Shown here piece after piece: positions 52,054 to 64,000 of a stretch of 64,000 nt of DNA. The translations under genes and the position numbers were made by a program. Position 1 is the stretch's first letter; every line of letters begins with the position of its first letter. The DNA is from Octopus sinensis (Eukaryota). Where the stretch lies: positions 54,002,001 through 54,066,000 of the forward strand of contig NC_043007.1 in the NCBI RefSeq assembly GCF_006345805.1, given 5' to 3'. The notes under the pieces are model-generated. The model made no database searches. It saw only the letters and a program-made list of their open reading frames with translations, and was not told the DNA's origin.

Positions 52054-53430
52054 CTAGCAAATCTACCCATCTATGATGAAGGAATAAAATGAGGGAGGGA
52101 AGTCATAACAGCAGTATGTATTGAGAAATGTGTAAATGGACTTGATAGATTACTGGGTGAATAATGTGAGAAATCACATTATTGTTGGTGATACATTGTT
52201 CTATTGTAGCTATATGACGTATTTGCGACAAAGTGACATGTGATGACGATTCACTCCCGAACTGAAATAGGCTCCCAGCCTCTGTATCACGAATAGTTAT
52301 GTGTACTACTTCTAACAAAAGTCAGAGCTTCCTTTGACCACTACGTAAAAAGTATTAAGAAAAATATGTTATCTACATAGACTTTATTTTAGTTGTTTAC
52401 ACTATTTTACTATAAATTATGAATCATATTCCTTTCGATAATATCTATATGATTACAAAACTTCTTTGTAGATGATATTTTCTGTTTGGTCGACACTAAT
52501 TTTCAAATTACTGGAGTCCATTGCTCTACTCATAGCAACGTATAACTGGCCATGTGTAAACATCAAAGTGGGTAAAAATACACCTACATGATCTGGTCCT
52601 GTGCCTTGTTTGCTGTGAATGCGTGAGCAAAATCTTTAGGGTTGCAAAAAAATCAAATGAAGACTTGCCTCTCACTATTCTATGTGAATAATGTCTGGAT
52701 GTTCTGGTACCATGAGTTATTTTGATAGACAAAACTGAGATGTAAACAACAGCTGTTTCGAATCCTGCTTGAGACTGACACACTTCAAAACCATTTAATA
52801 ATCACACACACTTTTCCATTTTATTTTCACTATTAACTGTCCTCATGATCCCCTTCATATCTACGATGGGGCCACGAACTATACTATGAAAATCCAGAGT
52901 TACTCATGGTTGGTGAATTTTTAATAAACATGTGAAGGTAGTTTATCAATTCAAACATTAATATCCACATAATAATCATATTTTCTGATTTTTTAATGAT
53001 AAAAACCTTCCTGACGGCTGTCTTTGTAATCCCAAAAAATATCGTAACCATTGGTCCAGCCGTCTGGCCGTGAAGAGGGAACAAAGAGACGGACATAATG
53101 TCCATTATAGTAAGATAGCAAATCTGCCCATCTGCAGTGCAAAATAAAGGCATAGTATCACAGATCTAAACCCTCTAAATTCACAAACTATACCGTGTGG
53201 AAATCCAGAGTTAATCCTTCTTGCCGGAATTTTAACAAAAAAAAATCAAAGGTGATTTATTAATACAAAACTCAATATCCACTAAATAATCATACTTTTT
53301 CACATTTTTTTTCATTAAAAACCTTCCTGATTACCTCCTTCATAATCCCGAAAACATTATGACCATTGCTCCAGACATTTAACCATAAAGAGGGAACAGA
53401 CAGATGGACATAACGCCCATTATAGTAAGA
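52054..53430 (-). mobile_element. Internally deleted Helitron with duplicated 5' end
   Basis: TC starts at 53430 and ~53115; helicase motifs LAHAFTANKAQ and VGVFLPTLMFTHGQLYVAMSR at ~52525-52630; CTAG end. Confidence 0.8.
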
Positions 53431-53859
53431 TATATATGACCAGCCCTAATTCTGGACCCTCTCAGTTTCATTAACCACTTGCTTTTCCCATGTCGACTGT
53501 TAATTAGTAGCTCACTTTGTTTGTCTGTGGCTATGCTACATTGGCTTCCACTAGGAAATAGGGTTAGGGTTACCCTCAGTGCTTAGCCATTCACAGTGTG
53601 CCCTCCCATCCCATGTCCACCACCTGTACCAGAAGTCATTATCCTCTGACCTCTACTGGTTGTCTTTCTCCAGAGCACCTCTAATGGTGTACTATATACA
53701 CTGCACTTTTTCTCCTCCATTCCTACCTAGTGTTTATCTTTTGTTGAATGTAGTGATTATGTAGCAAATAAAATGTTGGTGTAGTGTATGTAGGTTGAAG
53801 GCTGTTGTATATTTACAATATCTGCCAAATGTGAGCTTGCTTTTCAGATGCTGTCCCCC

Positions 53860-56800
53860 ATCCCAAGGTCTTGCCGGCCCACACCTTCAGAGTTGGCACA
53901 TTGAAAGATAGGTCTGGTGAGATTGTTAAGATGCTTGAATGGAAACATGTAGATTTGTGCTGCATCCGAGAAGTAAGATGGAGAGGAAGTTCTGCTAGGT
54001 TCCTCACAGGTAAAGAACATACGTATAAGATTTTCTGAGTAGGGAATACTGATGGGGTTGAGGGCATGGGAATATTCCTTGCAGAGAAATGAGTTGGTAA
54101 GGTAATCGAGGTAGTCAGAGTCTGTGACAGAATACTTAAGCTAGACTTGCGCTGCATCATGGATTAGCAACCATTATCTCAGCTTATGCCCCTCAGCCAG
54201 GGCTTGCTGATGAACAGAAAGACCGATTTTATGATACCCTCTTGCAAACTACCTCATCAATGAATGACAGGGACCTTCTCTTTATGGCTGGCAACTTCAA
54301 TGGGCATGTTGGACAACATCCAGAGAGCTTCCATGGTCTACATGGTGGCTATGGATTTGCTTCCTGCAATGAGGAGGGAACCAGGTTGCTGGAGTTCTGG
54401 ATGCAAATGATCTTATGATCTGTAATACTAACTTCAGGAAACCTGCCATTCACCTGTTCACCTTACAGTCTGGTAGCACACTAGTCAGATTGAGTACATT
54501 CTCGCTAGGAAACAAGAAAGACGGCTACTTATAAATGCCAAAACTTATAAATGCACCCCACATTAGCAACTTCAGGATCAGGGCTAAATGGCTTCCCAGA
54601 AGACAACCAACATGGAAAAGAAGGGTCTGGAATCTTAAGGATCCTGTAAATGGACAGAGATTTAAAGACATATTACTTGAAGCTTTTGAGGAAAAAGAGG
54701 AGGATATAGCATCACATGATATGGAGGACAACTGGAGGTTCCTACAGGATAATCTGTTGAGGACTACTGATCAGATCTATGGCTGGTACAGAGTCCCCTC
54801 TCAACCTAGGGTAACGTAGTGGTGGAACAATGTAGTTGACAGGGCTATTAGAGAAAAGAAACAGGACTGGAACTGTGGTGGTAGCAGGGAATAGTATCAG
54901 ATCTCCAGGAGGAAAACTAGGAAACAGGTTTACTTAGCCAGAGAGGAAGCAGATAAGAAAAACTTGACCAATGTTCTAGGGTGTGAGAACCAGAGACTTG
55001 AAGTGTTAGGTGAGAAATGTGTCTGCATGGATGATAGCTCACTTGCATTTAATGATGTAAAGAGAGAGACATGGAGACACTACTATGAAAGATTGCTAAA
55101 TGAAGAGAATGAATGGCAGAGAGTTTGCCAAATGTCGACTCAACAGAGGGACCAGCTATTCAAATTGACAGTACCTTGGTAGATAAAGCAATTAAGGATA
55201 TGAAGATAGGGAAAGCCCCCGGCCCATTAGGAATCACTGCCGAGATGCTTCAAACATCTGGCAGTGTAGGCTATAGTCTAGTCAACTAGGTGATACAGTG
55301 TAGTCAACTAGGTGATACATGAAGGAATCATACCCAATGACTGGTGTAGCAGCAACATAATCAACTGCTACAAAGGTAAAGATGATTCTTTAGATGGGAA
55401 TAATTACAGAGGTATCAAATTGTTGGACCAGGTGATGAAAGTCATGGAGAGAGTCATAGCCCAACTAATTAGGGAGAGAGTTAGTTTAGACAAGATGCAG
55501 TTTGGATTTGTGCTAGAGAGAAGCACCACTGATGCTATATTTCTGCAAGAGAAATTCCTAGCCAAAGATAAACCTCTATACTTGGCTTTCATTGACATGC
55601 AGAAAGCCTTTGACAAGGTTCCCCAATCCCTTATCTGGTGGTCAATATGGAAACTAAGGATAGATGAGTGGTTGGTGAGAGTTGTACAAGCCATGTACAA
55701 GGATGCTGTCAGTAAGGTGAGGGTTGGCAACGAGTGTAGTGAAGAATCCCGGGTAGAAGTAAGGGTTCACCAAGGATATCCTCAGCCCCCTCTTATTCAT
55801 CATAGTCCTCCACGCAATAGCAGAGGAATTCAAGGCAGGCTGCCCCTGGGAGCTCCTCTATGCTGATGATGTTGCTCTAATTGCCGAGTCACTATCAGAA
55901 CTAGAGAAGTTTCAGGTGTGCAAGGTCTAGAATCAAAAGGCCTTAGAATCAATCTAGCAAAAACCAAAGTGTTAGTAAGTTGGAAGGCAGACAAATCACA
56001 AATCCCTTCAGGTAAGTGGCCCTGCTTGATCTGTAGAAAAGGTGTAGGTAGAAACTCTATAAAATGTACTCTGAGAAGATAGTTTTTATGTGTGAGAGAT
56101 GCACAGGTACAATAAACACTGAAGAGATATGGATAGCAGGGGGAAAAACTAGAAGTAGTTGATAGCTTCCGTTACCTAGGTGACCAAGTCAGTAGCGGAA
56201 GTTGATACTCTGAGAGTGTAGCTGCTAGAATAAGAATAGCCTGGGCAACATTCAGAAAGCTCCTACCTCTGCTGGTTACAAAGGGCCTCTCATTCAGAGT
56301 GAAAAGTAGACTGTACGATGCATGTGTGTGAACAGCCAGGCAGTGAAACATGGGCTGTGACTGCTGAGGTCATGTGTAGGCTTGAAAGAAATGAAGCTAG
56401 TATGCTTTGCTGGATGTGTAATGTCAGTGTGCATACATGACAGAGTGCAAGCACCCTGAGAGAAAAGTTGGATATAAGAAGCATTAGATATGGTGTGCAA
56501 GAGAGACGACTTCACTGGTATGGTCATGTGATGCATATGGATGAGGAGAGCTGCATGAAGAAGTGTCTCACCCTAACGGTGGAAGGAACCTGGGGAAGAG
56601 TTACACCCAGGAAGACCTGGATGAGGTGGTGAAGCACAACCTTTGAACATCGGGCCTCACAGAGGCAATGACAAGTGAGATATGCTGTGCTTGAGAAGAC
56701 CTGTTTAGTCAAGTGAAATCGTTATGGCCAATGTCAGTGTCACTTGACTGGCACCCTGCCGGTGGCACATAAGAAGCACCATTCAAGCATGGTTGATACC

Positions 56801-56975
56801 AGTGCCACCTGACTGGTTCCCGAACCAGTGGAACATAAAAAGCACCCACTACACTCTCGGAGTGGTTGGTGTTAGGAAGGGCATCCAGCTGTAGAAACCT
56901 TACCAGAACGGATTGGAGCTTGGTGCCCCATGCCAGCATGGAAAGCAGATGTTACACAATGACAAATGATGGGGA
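53860..56975 (+). mobile_element. Near full-length degenerate RTE LINE
   Basis: VGTL..RSGEIV..VDLCCI.EVRW (APE); NYRGIKLL, QFGF, FIDMQKAFDKVP, LLYADD (RT); 3'UTR. Confidence 0.92.
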
Positions 56976-57029
56976 TGGTATATATGTGTGTGTGTGTGTG
57001 TGTATATATATGTGTGTATATATTCATAC

Positions 57030-57605
57030 AAACAGTTGAAGGAATCCGAGGTAGAGGTAGACCTAGGAAGACATGGGATGAGGTGGTCAGACATGACCTT
57101 CGAATGTTGGCCTCACAGAGGCAATGACGAAAGACCAAGTCCTCTGGAGATATGCTATGACTGCGAAGACCCGACAAATGGAGTGAGTTCATGGCTCGCA
57201 GGACGGCCTGTTGTGCTTACCTTGGATCTTAGGGCGACCTGCTGGGCTTGAGGAGACCTATTGAGTCAAGTACATCCACATCAAAATAAAAATCAAATGG
57301 AAATTGTAGCTGTGATACCCGTGCCGGTGGCGTGTAAAAAACACCATCCGAACGTGGCCGATGCTAGCGCCGCCTTGACTGGCACGTCAACCGATCGTGG
57401 ATGTTGCCATCCTCCTGGCCCCTGTGCCGGTGGCACGTAAAAAGCACCCACTACACTCATGGAGTGGCTGGCGTTAGGAAGGGAATCCAGCTGTAGAAAC
57501 ACAGCCAGATCAGACTGGAGCCTGGTGCAGCCTACTGGCTTCCCAGACCCTGGTCGACCCGTCCAACCCATGCTAGCATGGAAAACGGACGTTAAACGAT
57601 GATAA
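57030..57605 (+). mobile_element. RTE 3' fragment with 3'UTR
   Basis: GRGRPRKTWDEVV followed by the shared 3'UTR and tail. Confidence 0.85.
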
Positions 57606-57609
57606 TGTA

Positions 57610-58500
57610 TATATATGTAAACTCTCAAGATGTTATTTTTACTGTTAAGTACACATGTGGTATACTCATTTCTCTCTTTAATATTCAGTATTCCTTGTCT
57701 AATTGATACAATGCAATGCTCAATGGCCATTTGAACTGACTTTAAGCCTCTGCTTCTTTTAACATAGATCCTGTCAATTTCACTGTTTATGTAGAAGTTA
57801 ACAGTCCTTGACATCTGTAGTCTTGATGTCCAAGTTGCAGATTTTTTCGAGTGTCCAAACTAATTCCCCAAATGTTGGTCTCACACTTGCACTGCAAAAG
57901 TATTATGGGTCTCAGTTTTGAGTGCAGACTGTTCTGACTTTCATACCTTCTGAAGTCTGCTGATGTATCCTTTGTTAGTCTAGTTTCATTCATATTACCA
58001 ATGCATGCAATATTATTGTCACTTGTGATATAGGTCCACTTTATGTATGTGTAAAAATCAGCATCTAAAATCTCTCCTTCCTCTCCTAATCTGGTTTCAT
58101 GTTGACAATAAACTTTGCCAGCTGTTGGGTAGATAAGAGCAGTTTATCATTTTGGACTGTTGATCTTTCCTCTAATGAAGTCAAATTTTCTAGCAATCAG
58201 AAGAGTAGTATAAATTGTTGTGACCACAAAATAGATATCCCACTGGATGTGGTTTTCTATTAAGGAGGTAAAGACTACCATTTCTTTATTCCATTTTTTT
58301 TCTTGATCCATCCTTGACATAGGGAGCACAGTGTTTCTTTGAACAGGGTTACTTTGCCATAAAAAGCAGCTGCCAAATTCTGGTGTTATCTCTGTTTTAC
58401 CATAAAGGCAGCCTTTATACTTTCATTGCTTATGTTCCCAGTTAGTTTCCAAGATTTCAGAAGTGTCAATCTTGTCCCTGTAACCCCTCATGGATAGCCA
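57610..58500 (-). mobile_element. Decayed non-LTR RT remnant, possibly R4/Dong-like
   Basis: NSEIDRIYVKRSRGLKSV resembles the DRLY..R..GGRGL motif. Confidence 0.45.
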
Positions 58501-59169
58501 TTAGACTTTGGAGGTTGAGTTGAGATCGTATGAACATTTGTAAGTTGGATTAATGTGGAGTAAGCATTGTAAATGTGATCAACATAGTACTTGGTCTTCA
58601 AAGCCCCATATCCATGATATTGAAATAATTGAGATGATGGGAAGCTGATCTGATTGCTGAGATATACTAGTCGTAGTCTTTCATAGTCAGCTGTGGTCCT
58701 TTCTTTTGGTGCATCTCTAATTGAAGCTGATCTCCAAATCATCTCTGATATTCTTATTTGCACTTACAAAATGTTTTGCTTCGCTATCTATGGTGAACCA
58801 GTGAAAGGAGCCTCATCTTTCACCTGTCTTGGCAGTTTCTTGTCCAATTCCTTCTTTGATGATCACATTACCAATCAACTATGAACAGCTCACAGAGCCT
58901 TTGGGTCTCTTATCAAATCCTATCTTTCACAATCAGTTATATCCCAAGGCTCAACATACACTACTCTGTGGTTGTGAAACAAAGTAGTGTGAGTAGCATA
59001 CCATCACCAGATACATGAGCTTGACAGGTTCCATCAAACAGTTGTAGATGGATCCTGACCACCCCCATGTGACTGAAGGTGGACTAATGCATTTCAATAA
59101 AATAAAGCAACTGTGTGAATTGTGAGTAGTTGAAAGCAGTACAGTTGACAGTGTTGCTTGTCCATATTG

Positions 59170-62100
59170 TTTACTGTGTTGCTTTAATATTATAACTACA
59201 TTTGGTGTAGTAGGGAGTGCGTTGTGTGTGAACATATTAATATTGCGAAAGGTTATTCACGATAATCATAACCAAATATTTATTTGGGTAATAGTATTCT
59301 ACACTCAACAGGCACAACATTATCTTCATAACATTTTTGGCAACAAGACTATTCGAACCCATGTTTCAGCATGGAAGATTTAATAGCTTCTGTAATTGAA
59401 TTACAGAAACAGTAGCAATAGCAGCAACAACAACAGCAGTTGTTGGGATTGCAGAAGCAACAGCAATTCTTAGTACAACTGCTACTCAACAAGACAGAAA
59501 ATACATCATATTTGTTCACTCTTAATTCAGTTGCAAACTCCATCAGAGAGTTTGCATATAACCCAGATGAGGGTACTACCTTTCCTGCTTACATTAGAAG
59601 GTATGAGGAAATTTTTGAAGAAGAATGTTCTGGCTGGCAAGACGAAAAAAACCTGACTTTTGTTGAGAAAGTTGGCACCAACCAAGCATGAAAAATACTG
59701 CAGTTATATATTACCAAAGAGGCCAGGTGAAGTCTGTTTTGAAGAAACTGTGGTTATTTTATTAAAAATTTTCAGTGAGAAAAGCTCGTTATTTGATATG
59801 CACTGGCAATGCATGAACATTAGAAAAAAAGAGGATGAGAATTTTATTACATATGCTGGAATCATTAACAGGGAATGCAAGAGATTTAAAATTAATGAAT
59901 TAACACCAGACATATTTAAATGTTTAATTTTCATGCAAGGTTTAACAGCAAAGAAAGATGAAGAAATTCATAACTGAATTCTGACTTAATTAGAGCAGAA
60001 TCAAAAGCTAACACTCCAAGAAATATCTCAGGAATGCCAGATAAACCCAAGACATGATATGGAGCAAATTGAAGTAAGAAACTGTTCACATATACAATCG
60101 GTGTAACCAAAAGTAAGTAATGAAAAGTAGAAAATTAACCCATGTTTTGGATGTGGAGAATTACATTATAGATTCAACTTCCCTTATAAAAATCGAAAAT
60201 GCTTCAAGCGTGGCAAGATAGGTCATGCAAAATCACACAGTAAAACAAAATCTAGAAAGCATTAAATTAATTTTTAAAGGTGAAATTATTTGTCACATTA
60301 TATTTCACTGTAAGACTATGAAAGCAAAAACTTATGTATTAAAAATACAAGCAACCTTTTTGGAACTGACTGGATGGGACTTTTTGACTTATGGGATTTA
60401 CCCATAAATAATTTTTGTAAAAATATAATTGGGTTGTATGCCAGTTCAAATACGGAATCAGAAAATTTTAAAAAGAAGTGTGAAGGTTGTTTCCTGATGT
60501 TTTTTTGGACGTGTTGGGTTGATGCAATAAATCTAAAGCCAAATTTCATCATCATCATTATTATCATTTAATGTCTGTTCATGCTGGACTGGTACGCTGG
60601 AAGGCTGCACCAGGACCCAGTCTGATTTGGTGTGGTTTTCTATGGCTAGATGACCTTCCTAACACCAACCACTCCAAGTATGTAATGTGTGCTTTTACGT
60701 GCCACCTGCATGAATCATTTGCATGACACCAGTGTCTGTCACGACTGATTTTGTTCAACTTGATGGGTCTTCTTCGGCATAATGCTAAAGGTCTTAGTTA
60801 TTGCCTCTGTGAGGCCCAACACTCAAAAGGAGCTCAGTCACCTCGCCTCTGTGAGCCAATACTCAAAAGGAACTCAGCCACTTTACCTCCATGAAGCCCA
60901 ATGTTCAAAGGTTGATTTTTTTTTTGTGTGTGTGCCACCAGCATGGGTGCACTTGGCTTAATAGGTTCTCTCAAGCAGAGCACATCACCAAAGGTCTCGG
61001 TCACTAGTCATTGCTTCTGTGAGGTTCAAAGTTTGAAGGTCATGCTTCACCACCTTGTCCCAAGTCTTCCTGGGCTACCTCTACCACAGGTTCCCTCCAC
61101 AGTGAGAGATCAGTATTTCTTTACACAACTGTCCTCATCCATGTGTATCACATGGCCACACCAGTGCAGTTGTCTCTCTTGTACACTACATCTGATTCTT
61201 CTTATACCTAACTTTTCTCTCAAGATGCTTACACTCTGCCAAACATGCACACTGACATTGCACATCCAGCACAGCATACTGGCTTTATTTCTCTCAAGCC
61301 TACACATGTCCTTGGCTGTTATAGCCCATGTTTCACTGCTATGCAGCACAGCTGTTTGCACTCAGGCATCAAGCAATCTGCCTTCAGGTAAAAGAAAATC
61401 CATTACCATTTTTCAAACCCAAACAATGTACTGCAGCACTGGAACAAATGAATGATTAGACTGATGGAAAAAATGGGAGCGACTGAAAAGATCGACTACT
61501 CATTTTGGGGATCTCCAACAGTATATGTTAAAAAGAAGAACAATAGAATTCATGTATGTGCATATTTCTCAATGGGACTAAATGACTGTTTAAGACTGTA
61601 TAACTACCCATTAGCAAGCTCAGGAGAAATCTTCTGAAACTAAATGGGGATAAAGTGTTCTTGAAATTAGATCTTTCTTGTGCTTACTTACAAATACAAG
61701 TGGAAAACAAATATACCAAACTTCTAACAATTAATACCCATAAAAATCTGTACAAATTTAACTGGCTTCCATTTGGCATAAAAGTTGCTCCGGCTATATT
61801 CCAACAAGTGATGGATACTATGCTTGCAGATTGGGACTTCACGGTGGCCTACCTAGATGATATACTAATTAAAAGTGAATCCCATGATCAAGTCAAGCAT
61901 GTAAAATGTGTTTTTGAAAAAAATAAAAGATTATGGTTTTACACTAAGTGAGGAAGAATGTGAATTTTTCTTACCTAAAATTAAATATTTAGGACAAATC
62001 ATTGATAAAAATGGTCATCAACCATATCCGTTGAGGGCAGATGTGATTAAAAATATGTCCCCTCCAACAAATGTATTTATCTTACAAGCTTTTTGGGACT

Positions 62101-62237
62101 TGCAAACTATGACCAAATTTATATACCAAATATGCACAAGGTAAGAGTTCCACTAAATCTATTAACAAAAATGTAAAGTGGAATTGGTCTGAAAATTGTC
62201 AGAAGATTCAACGAAATTAAAAGGATATTAACATCTA
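59170..62237 (+). mobile_element. Degenerate Ty3/Gypsy LTR retrotransposon (Mag/K02A2.6-like), 3' truncated
   Basis: ...AACA then TTTTGGCAACAAG PBS-like sequence; gag FAYNPDEGTTFPAY..RY, FKCLIF.QGL; RT KLDLSCAYLQI, LPFGIKVAPAIFQ, YLDD. Confidence 0.9.
60545..61390 (-). mobile_element. RTE 3' fragment nested in the Gypsy element
   Basis: HSSETWA...LREKLGI...QERQLHWCGHV plus 3'UTR and (GAT)n tail. Confidence 0.85.
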
Positions 62238-62364
62238 GGTAGGTAGATAAATAAATATAATTAGATAGATAAATTAGATATAATTAGATAGATAAATAAA
62301 TATAATTAGACAGATATAAATAAATATAATTAGACATATAAATAGGTAGATAAATAAATAAAAT

Positions 62365-64000
62365 ATCTTCTTATCTTCTCTCAGCTATCAATCTCTCTTG
62401 TCATAGATAGAATATCCAACATGTCCAGAGCCTGGAGATGTGACGAATTGGCGTTGTTCGTACGAGCCTGGAAATGCGCCAACAGAGATAACCCTAACAA
62501 TGTGATTACAGCTGCGCTGAAGAGCGGCAGCTATAAAAGGACAATAGCTCAGATAGAGCGAAAGAAGCAGGAGTTCATACGCTCCTATGCGCTTGTACGG
62601 TCGCACATTGGCACGTTTGATGCCATCTTTGAGAACGAGCAGGGCAAGGATGGAGACGCGGGTGGTGATGAAAGAAGTCACCCCCACCTGGTGGACACCC
62701 GGGAAGAGGTTTTGAGTGAGAAACCTGCCCGGGAAGTGAACCCAAGTGCAAGTGCTCCTACCAGCAACAAAGGCCCAGGGAAGAAGTAGAGGGAGGAAGA
62801 ACTAAAAGAAGGACTAAAAGAACTAAAGGAAAAGCTCAAGCAGGACAAAAGAGTGAAACAGCCAGGAATAGAAGTGGAACCACAAAGGATGGAAACAAAC
62901 AACGCACACGGGTGTGTAGGTTCTACCTGAGAGGTACCTGCTGGCATGGAGAGGAAGGTGCAGGCTGCCGCTTTGCACATCGGGGACCCTGCCGCAGAGA
63001 CACGAAACAGATAAGAAACAAACCATCAACAAAAGGAAAAGGGATGGACCACGTACCACTTGCCCCAAAACGGAGGTACGCAGATGTAGTGCGTGCCACA
63101 AACCGCCAACATGATGTTGAAAGGGCAGCTGCTGAGCAAGAATCTTTTTTGTGCATGGCACAAAAGATTGTACAGCAGCTGACCTGGCTTCATCAAACCC
63201 AAGCTCACAGGTGGGACTACCCACAATATACAAGACCACCACAGCAAACAGACCCAAGATGGACACCGCCGGCAACAACATACACCTCACCTCGATGCTC
63301 CTACTGAACATCAGAGGACTGCAAACACTCAGTAACAGGACAAAAATCCCGTTCTTGAGAGACTTTGTTGCATGCAATCAAGCCTTATGCATAGCACTTA
63401 CGGAAACGCACCTGAAACCCGACATAGCAGATGCGGAATTACACATACCACAGTATGTTGTACTACGGACCAACAGAAAAGAAAGGAGTCATGGAGGAGT
63501 TGCTATGTACATCCGTGAGGACCTCACACCCCAGGTCCTTTTGTCATACTCAAACTCGGTGTGTGACACACTAATTGTACATATAAGGCAACTTGAGGTA
63601 GTTGTGTGTGCTACATATCGCCCTCCAAATGCCCCAAGCCATGTAGGCAAGTTTGAAGACTGCCTTATAAAAATAGAAGAAGTTCTAATCACATTAGAAC
63701 AACACATAAGTGTACTTCTTATGGGAGACTTCAATCTACCCAATGTCAGATGGCCCGAGGGCCCTTCTCTCCCAGGAATGACAAGATGTGAACGGGGACA
63801 GGCGAGGTCCCTCCTGAACCTCATCAACACCCTGTACATGGAGCAAGTAATACTCCAACCAACCAGGGCAGGTAACACACTGGATCTCTGCTTCACGAAT
63901 AATATGGATCTCATCCATAATGTGAAAGTGACACCGACACTACTCTCGGATCACAACATGGTAGAGCTGACCATGTATGGGCCAAAGGAAAGCATGGACA
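62365..64000 (+). mobile_element. CR1-group LINE copy 3, 5' part (runs off the window)
   Basis: ORF1 Myb-like domain (from 62421) and CCCH (62915-62980); APE MLLLNIRGL, ALTETHL, MGDFNLP, SDHN. Confidence 0.93.

Noticed and set aside
52742-52765. GAAACAGCTGTT on the minus strand resembling a hammerhead half
   Set aside because: No CUGANGA core upstream; lies in a Helitron helicase remnant
53563-53574. TTAGGG telomere-like motif
   Set aside because: Fewer than two full units; chance level
53440-53870. HDV-like ribozyme expected in an RTE 5'UTR
   Set aside because: Could not identify the nested double pseudoknot by eye

Overview
Eukaryotic, very AT-rich, microsatellite-laden DNA; the SINE, RTE-tail and (TA)n repertoire looks like octopus/cephalopod (inference). 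No host gene could be supported, and most predicted ORFs are microsatellite translations. The window is mostly decayed mobile DNA: four substantial copies of a CR1-group LINE, RTE LINEs, Penelope-like elements (PLEs), a Mag-type Gypsy element, Helitrons, a Tc1/mariner element, piggyBac- and pogo-like MITEs, and tRNA-SINEs. Four signals stand out. (1) There are multiple type I hammerhead ribozymes in short non-coding PLE/retrozyme-like units, often in tandem or inverted arrangement. (2) The LINE ORF1 combines a Myb/SANT-like domain with a CCCH finger. (3) A slippery heptamer sits at nearly the same ORF1/ORF2 position in three diverged LINE copies, suggesting -1 frameshifting. (4) A covarying double hairpin is shared by the LINE and SINE 3' tails. 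Boundaries were read by eye and are approximate unless termini are quoted.
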